The translations under genes and the position numbers were made by a program. Under the pieces are notes generated by a model, which worked only from the letters and a program-made list of their open reading frames with translations, made no database searches and was not told the DNA's origin. Source: Craspedostauros australis (lineage: Eukaryota). From it: 64,000 nt of DNA. Below, piece after piece: positions 58,870 to 64,000 of this stretch; position 1 is the first letter of the stretch; each line of letters opens with the position of its first letter. The stretch covers positions 1-64,000 of the forward strand of contig JALAGF010002905.1 of the NCBI GenBank assembly GCA_030167865.1. The letters run 5' to 3'.

Positions 58870-59642
58870 GCGCGACCGCAACGATTATCACAGCAAGACA
58901 ACCGAGGTGATCGTCACAGGTGGCCCCTTCCGGCGGTTGCAAGTTCGCTCGCTGAGATTGCATCCGGCCTGCCATTGTGTTACATGCGCTTGTATTCACC
59001 ATGCATACCGGTACGGATGATGGAGCATCCTGAACACTTGGATCTCAACCAATAGATCTCAAGCAGGGCGCCAGTACTTTGAATCAGCGTTTCCTGACTG
59101 GTACAACACTGACCACAAGTAGGTACTCTGCCACATCGTCCCCATTGTATCATGAGATACGAGAGGAGCAGAGCAATTGGCAGTGTACTCGTATTTGAGG
59201 ATCTTGGTGAAGCGTCGCCTGAAGCAAGATGGAGCTGGGTGATAGAGGAAGGTGCGGTAAATAATAGACTATCTTCTGCAGTAAATGTATTTAATTGTAC
59301 ATTACCACGATACCCCATCAAGGATTCCAAGTTGAAGCAAAGCGAGACAGGGGCAGAGAATGCAGAAGGTGTCACATCCAACCAACCAGATCCAACAACC
59401 CGTTCGGCTGTCGAGACATCTCCGCCACCGACCAGTCTGCCCCCGCCACACTCGCACTCTGTTGGAGCCATCAACCTTCACCAAGGCATCCCCTCCTTGA
59501 GTTCCACACAAGAGAGAGCCATCAAGCAACACGCACTCACTCACGCACAGCGTCTAGAGGACGAACACTTCGGACTCACATACCCATTTCCAACCACATC
59601 CTCGATTGGTATAGTACATCACAAGTCGCGCTAGACTCCATC

Positions 59643-61076
59643 ATGGTTTCCTTCTTGGATGCTTCTTGGGTTCGCGAGCGCGTTATCGCAGTCGCGAGCT
59701 TGGCCGTCATGACAGCTATCGCGGCGCCATCAGCTGACGCATTCCAAACTCAGCACGCTGCAATCAACAGAAATAGACATGGGCACGTGGCCTTCGGTCA
59801 TTCGAAACATTTCTCACAAGCACGTCCAAGTGCATCCATCGGCACAAGGCTGGGTCTCGTGACGGATTCTTCTACAATGAAAGCGGTGTCGTCCACCACG
59901 GATGTTGCTCTCAATGTTCGCATGGATGGCGAGACTTCGGCTGCCGCAGCGCAATCTCTCGATTGGTCATTCTTGGACGCCGTGTACTTGATCACGTGCC
60001 CCAACGCCGATCCCAACAATGAGCGCGTCGAAAAGACGAAGGGGTTGCTGCAGGAAGTTGGCTTGCTGGATCGTCTGCAGGTCAAAGAATTCGACACCGA
60101 CGACGAAAATAGAATACGCGGATGTTACACTTCGCATCTGTCCGTCCTGCGCGAGGCACAGAAGCAATTCGCATCGACGGACAGCACCAGGACGGCTGGC
60201 AACCCATTCGGTAATATATTGCAGTCCATATGGAAGACATCCGACAAGCGTGACACTGCTAGCGGCAACCCAACATCCTCCGACAACAATTCTCAACGCA
60301 GCACTTCACCAGCCCGACGAATTCTGGTGTTGGAGGACAATGTGGCGCTCGCCAATTCCATGTCCAGCGGTGCCATCGATGCCGTCAATCAATTCACTCT
60401 TGGGAGCAGCAGCAGCGGAGATGACGGCAGCGACGATAGCAATGGCAGCGATGACTGGGACATCATCCACCTCTCTTACATCCCGTACGTCCCAGACCTC
60501 ACAGTCTCCAAATTGAAAAACAACAAGAATTTTGTCCGATTGACGACGGGCGGCTTGGGCTCGGCACTCGGTACAACGGCGTACATCATCAACACCGACG
60601 CCATCAACCGCCTCATCGCAGAGGATGATGCCAACGGCTTCTTCGCGCCCATCCCCGACATCATGGCCAAGCTCTTCCCAACAACGCGCTATGCCACCAA
60701 CCCCATCCTTTTCACCCGCGCGCCCAACACAAAGAGCCTGGTCAATCCACAGTTGGACGATCTGCGACAGCTGCTGTTCCAGCCCGTCGTCACGTCCTTC
60801 GTCCAGTCGCTCCTCATCCAAACAGGATTCACGACGAACACCATGCTGCAGGTCATCGTGGTGGCGCTGCTGGCAACGACAGCCGCGAGCGCAACGTCGT
60901 CGTACCATGCCGTCATGTCCCTCATCAATACCGGTTCCTACGACGGGCCCATCGTCGTGGCGTTGCTCAGCTCGCTCTTCACCTTCTTTGCATTGGGGAT
61001 CATCATCCAAGGGGCGTTGCTGGCACCCAAGCCTCCAGCTGATGCTGATGCTGATGTGGATGACACCAGCAATTGA
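59643..61076 (+). CDS. Glycosyltransferase family 25-like protein with bipartite presequence and two C-terminal hydrophobic helices
   Basis: AVYLI..ER, GCYTSH, ILVLEDN, WDIIHL and GTTAYII occur in GT25 order. N-terminal signal ends ADA-FQT. Confidence 0.72.
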   Translation: MVSFLDASWVRERVIAVASLAVMTAIAAPSADAFQTQHAAINRNRHGHVAFGHSKHFSQARPSASIGTRLGLVTDSSTMKAVSSTTDVALNVRMDGETSAAAAQSLDWSFLDAVYLITCPNADPNNERVEKTKGLLQEVGLLDRLQVKEFDTDDENRIRGCYTSHLSVLREAQKQFASTDSTRTAGNPFGNILQSIWKTSDKRDTASGNPTSSDNNSQRSTSPARRILVLEDNVALANSMSSGAIDAVNQFTLGSSSSGDDGSDDSNGSDDWDIIHLSYIPYVPDLTVSKLKNNKNFVRLTTGGLGSALGTTAYIINTDAINRLIAEDDANGFFAPIPDIMAKLFPTTRYATNPILFTRAPNTKSLVNPQLDDLRQLLFQPVVTSFVQSLLIQTGFTTNTMLQVIVVALLATTAASATSSYHAVMSLINTGSYDGPIVVALLSSLFTFFALGIIIQGALLAPKPPADADADVDDTSN

Positions 61077-62045
61077 GGGAACAATGACACCAACAGCGCA
61101 GGCAATGAATGATGGTATTCGTATCTTTGCAGATTTTCTGCAAAGTGCATCACAGGAACAGGTAGCATGTCTGCATCGGATTGCAAAGCAAGGTATGGTA
61201 CGTGGAGTAGAATAATGGCGGCTGCTAGTGCTAGCAATCAGCCTACGAGCAACACGACAGTAGAAACGAAGTTATGTATGGTACCAAGCATCGCCCCATC
61301 TTATCCTCCATCATGACGGAACTCATGGTGCGTCATACTACTCGTAGGCCCACCTAGCATGCATGTACGTATGGTCCGAGTAAGTGAGTCGTGAGCAGTT
61401 CTTGTGGAGGCCATACACGCACACACGAAGAGAAGATTGTCATTCTGGAGGATGTCTTGACCGCAGAGTTGTAATTTCCCAACAGACGACAGACGATCAA
61501 CACTTACTTCCGATCATTGATTGCGAGCTTGAAGTTGACTACTCTACTCTACCGTATCGTATTACTCTACTGATCTCAGTTGGCGATGCCGTCCACGCAA
61601 TCATCCAACCAGCGATCAATCATCTGATGCTTTCAGCAGACAAGATGTTTCCATCCATCATCCTTTCCTTGTTCCGTTGTTCAAATTCCATTCTTTGCCT
61701 ACCCGTTTCTTCCCATTTCTGTCCATTCCATTCCAATTCTTGTCTGCCTCAAGTGCGATAGCTGTGACACTTGTTACTGCTGCTGTTCTTGTCGTTGTCG
61801 CTGTTACTGATGTTGCCGATGGATGGTTGATTTACCGGCTCTGCTGTTTGATCAGTAGTTTGGTTTCTTCCTTTTTCTTTTGGGTGTTTGTCTGTTTGTT
61901 TCCACTGTGTTGTTCAGTACTGTGCTTTGCTTTGCTGTGCCATGTTCGCTCATAGGCTCATCCATTTGCTATCCATACTGTCATCTGTCCATCGATGCTG
62001 TCTGTTTTCTGTTCCCGAACGTACGTATACATGCGCAAGTGCTGT

Positions 62046-64000
62046 TTACCAGATGGCCCCATGGGCGTGACGTTGTGGCTGTGGTTGCTGCTGTGGTTGC
62101 TGGTGGTGCTTCATCGTGGGTTGTCCAATGGCACCGATTGCCGATGGATTGTTGGTACCGTTCCACTGCGCGCCTGGAAGACCGCCTCCGGGAGCGCGAA
62201 TGCCCCCAGGAGCGCTTGGTTGGATTGGGTGCTGCAAGCCGTTCCAGCCACCGCCTCCGCCACCACCGTTTCCGGCCATAGTCCCACCTCCAATTGTACC
62301 GAACGCTGATCTGTTGCTGCCTCCACTGGTAATGTGGACTCCAGGCAAGAGGCTCTGCAACAAGGCGATGTCGCTCTTTCCGCTGCCGACGCCCAGCGCG
62401 GCAGACCCTGTCATGGGACTCGGCGTGCCAATCGTCACGCCGCCGATGAGACCATTGTTGCGTGATGGTACAATGGTCGATCCGTTCAAGGCTTGAACCG
62501 GGACGGACGTAGCGTTGAGCGCGGTCAGTGGAGATGGCTTCGGGTTGGGAGAGAAGCCAGCCCAGGAGTCAGTGCTGCCACGCAGGGAACCCGAACCGGT
62601 TGGAAGGTTGATGCCAAGCATGGAGGCCAACGCCGAGCTTCCAGACCCATTGTTCATCGGTGCACCTGCGAAGCCGTTGAAACCTCCAGGAGTTGGGGCG
62701 AGGTTGACGCCCCCGCTTCCGATCGCCTGCCCATTTGGCCAGAGGTACGCAGACGAAGGTGGCGGAAAAACTGGATCGTTGCCAATCGGCACCCCGTTCC
62801 ACTTGTCTTTGGCGCTGCCGCCTGCGGCTCCTATGGACGGAGGATTCACGTTGGATTTCAAAGTTCCAGTGAAGACCTCGCCTCCGAGGCCGCCCAGGCC
62901 ATCCTCGGGTTTCATGGGCGGGGGTGCCGTGATTGGGGCACCTTGTCTGGCATTCACACCGTTGGTTGCAGCCATGGATGGAACAGAAACGCTGGTCGCT
63001 GCGATGACCGTGCCACCTATCAACGCCGGGGCGTTGTTTGCCGCTGGGGGCTTGACTTGGCGGGCGCCGTTGCTATTGCTTTGAGCGATGCCGGCAGCAG
63101 CATTTGTAGTTAGATTTGCATTCGCGTTGGCGCTGCCGTTTGCACTGGCACTGCCATTGCTGCTATTCTTGCCGGCGCTGTTGGATGCGGCTTTGGCGAC
63201 GGAAGCTGCTGCATTGCGGGCTGCGTCCTTCTTCTTGTGAGTGGATGTGCGTAGGGAGGCAAGCTTTGTGGTCGTTGCTGTGTCCTGCTCATTCGACTGT
63301 GCCTTCGTAGTGCTTTTCGCCGTCGACGTCCGTTTCAGCGGGGTGAGCTGTGTCAACGCCGAATGCGCGGACGGTGCACTCGCTCCAGCCGGTTTGCTGC
63401 TGTGGACGCCTGCAACGACGGATGCCACAGTGGCTCCTGGCGGTGGTACGAGGGTGTTGCTATTGGCTGGCTCTGGGGCACCGAGCGTAAGGCTTGCGGC
63501 AGACTTTCGAGACGCCACTGCCGGAGCTGCAGATGGGATCGCGGCGCTGCCGGTTGCAATCGACACCGCGGAGGCCACACTTGCATTGGCGCCTGTTGAG
63601 CTGGACCGAGCGAGTTTGGCGGACGCCACTGACGGTGTCATGGCTGCGTTTGACGCAGCGTGGCCACTGCCGGAGATTGGCGGAAATGCGGCTCCCGACG
63701 TCGACGATCTTGCAACAGAAGCGCTCGATGGGGGCGGTGGAACAAGAGCGAGCTGAGGCTTGTGTGGCTCGTCGAAAGTCGGGGGCGGGAAGACGGGGGA
63801 AGAGCTTGCGCGTCCAGTTCCGGATGGGCCACCTCCACCGACCTTCTTGCGTGGAGTGGAGCCATTGCCGCTGACGGATGCAAGCGCTTGCTTCATGATT
63901 TGCTGCTGACGTGCCAGCACATCTCGTCCGCTCGTGACATACCCTGCTTGAATTTCTTGCTTCGTAAATGTGTCTTCGATGTCGCCCATCTCGTGCAGGT
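62046..64000 (-). CDS. CNOT4: 3' part of a CCR4-NOT subunit 4 (Not4/MOT2)-like gene; 5' end lies beyond the window
   Basis: The frame is open to the window edge and begins LHEMGDIEDTFTKQEI, matching the end of the Not4 CCCH finger (YLHExG..ED.FTK.E). A long Ala/Ser/Gly/Pro low-complexity tail follows. Confidence 0.7.
   Translation of the reverse strand, partial: LHEMGDIEDTFTKQEIQAGYVTSGRDVLARQQQIMKQALASVSGNGSTPRKKVGGGGPSGTGRASSSPVFPPPTFDEPHKPQLALVPPPPSSASVARSSTSGAAFPPISGSGHAASNAAMTPSVASAKLARSSSTGANASVASAVSIATGSAAIPSAAPAVASRKSAASLTLGAPEPANSNTLVPPPGATVASVVAGVHSSKPAGASAPSAHSALTQLTPLKRTSTAKSTTKAQSNEQDTATTTKLASLRTSTHKKKDAARNAAASVAKAASNSAGKNSSNGSASANGSANANANLTTNAAAGIAQSNSNGARQVKPPAANNAPALIGGTVIAATSVSVPSMAATNGVNARQGAPITAPPPMKPEDGLGGLGGEVFTGTLKSNVNPPSIGAAGGSAKDKWNGVPIGNDPVFPPPSSAYLWPNGQAIGSGGVNLAPTPGGFNGFAGAPMNNGSGSSALASMLGINLPTGSGSLRGSTDSWAGFSPNPKPSPLTALNATSVPVQALNGSTIVPSRNNGLIGGVTIGTPSPMTGSAALGVGSGKSDIALLQSLLPGVHITSGGSNRSAFGTIGGGTMAGNGGGGGGGWNGLQHPIQPSAPGGIRAPGGGLPGAQWNGTNNPSAIGAIGQPTMKHHQQPQQQPQPQRHAHGAIW

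Noticed and set aside
1-64000. CRISPR arrays, tRNA/rRNA/snRNA genes and prokaryotic defence or operon systems
   Set aside because: No repeat-spacer array or RNA-gene signature seen by eye, and the DNA is eukaryotic with spliced genes. A covariance-model scan is still needed to exclude small RNAs.

Overview
Eukaryotic, gene-dense nuclear DNA that is almost certainly from a diatom, probably a pennate. The evidence is fucoxanthin-chlorophyll light-harvesting genes, bipartite ASAFAP-type plastid presequences and GT-AG introns. I reconstructed about 25 protein-coding genes by hand, 8 of them spliced. Recognisable products: Lhcq-type LHC, two Lhcf15-like LHCs, BLM/Sgs1-type RecQ helicase, TEY MAP kinase, AAGAB/p34, ZPR1, an NBD-only Hsp70-like protein, CRAL-TRIO protein, NOC3, Rab5, Nudix hydrolase, GT25-like glycosyltransferase, DMT-type transporter, SnoaL-like protein, SAM methyltransferase, the 3' part of CNOT4, two PDZ proteins and several unknowns. 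I found no tRNA, rRNA, CRISPR array or recognisable transposon ORF. The most notable structure is a convergent inverted pair of Lhcf15-like (candidate far-red antenna) genes exactly 1000 bp apart, with near-identical ends, all 22 amino-acid differences in the pigment-binding middle, and unrelated flanks. Other leads: a RecQ with a fused GRF zinc finger, a plastid Hsp70-like protein lacking the substrate-binding domain, a PDZ-PDZ protein with a linker built from charge-segregated exons, an 18-unit T-x-x ladder, and an over-represented TACGAGTAC motif. All family assignments come from motifs recognised by eye; no database searches were run.
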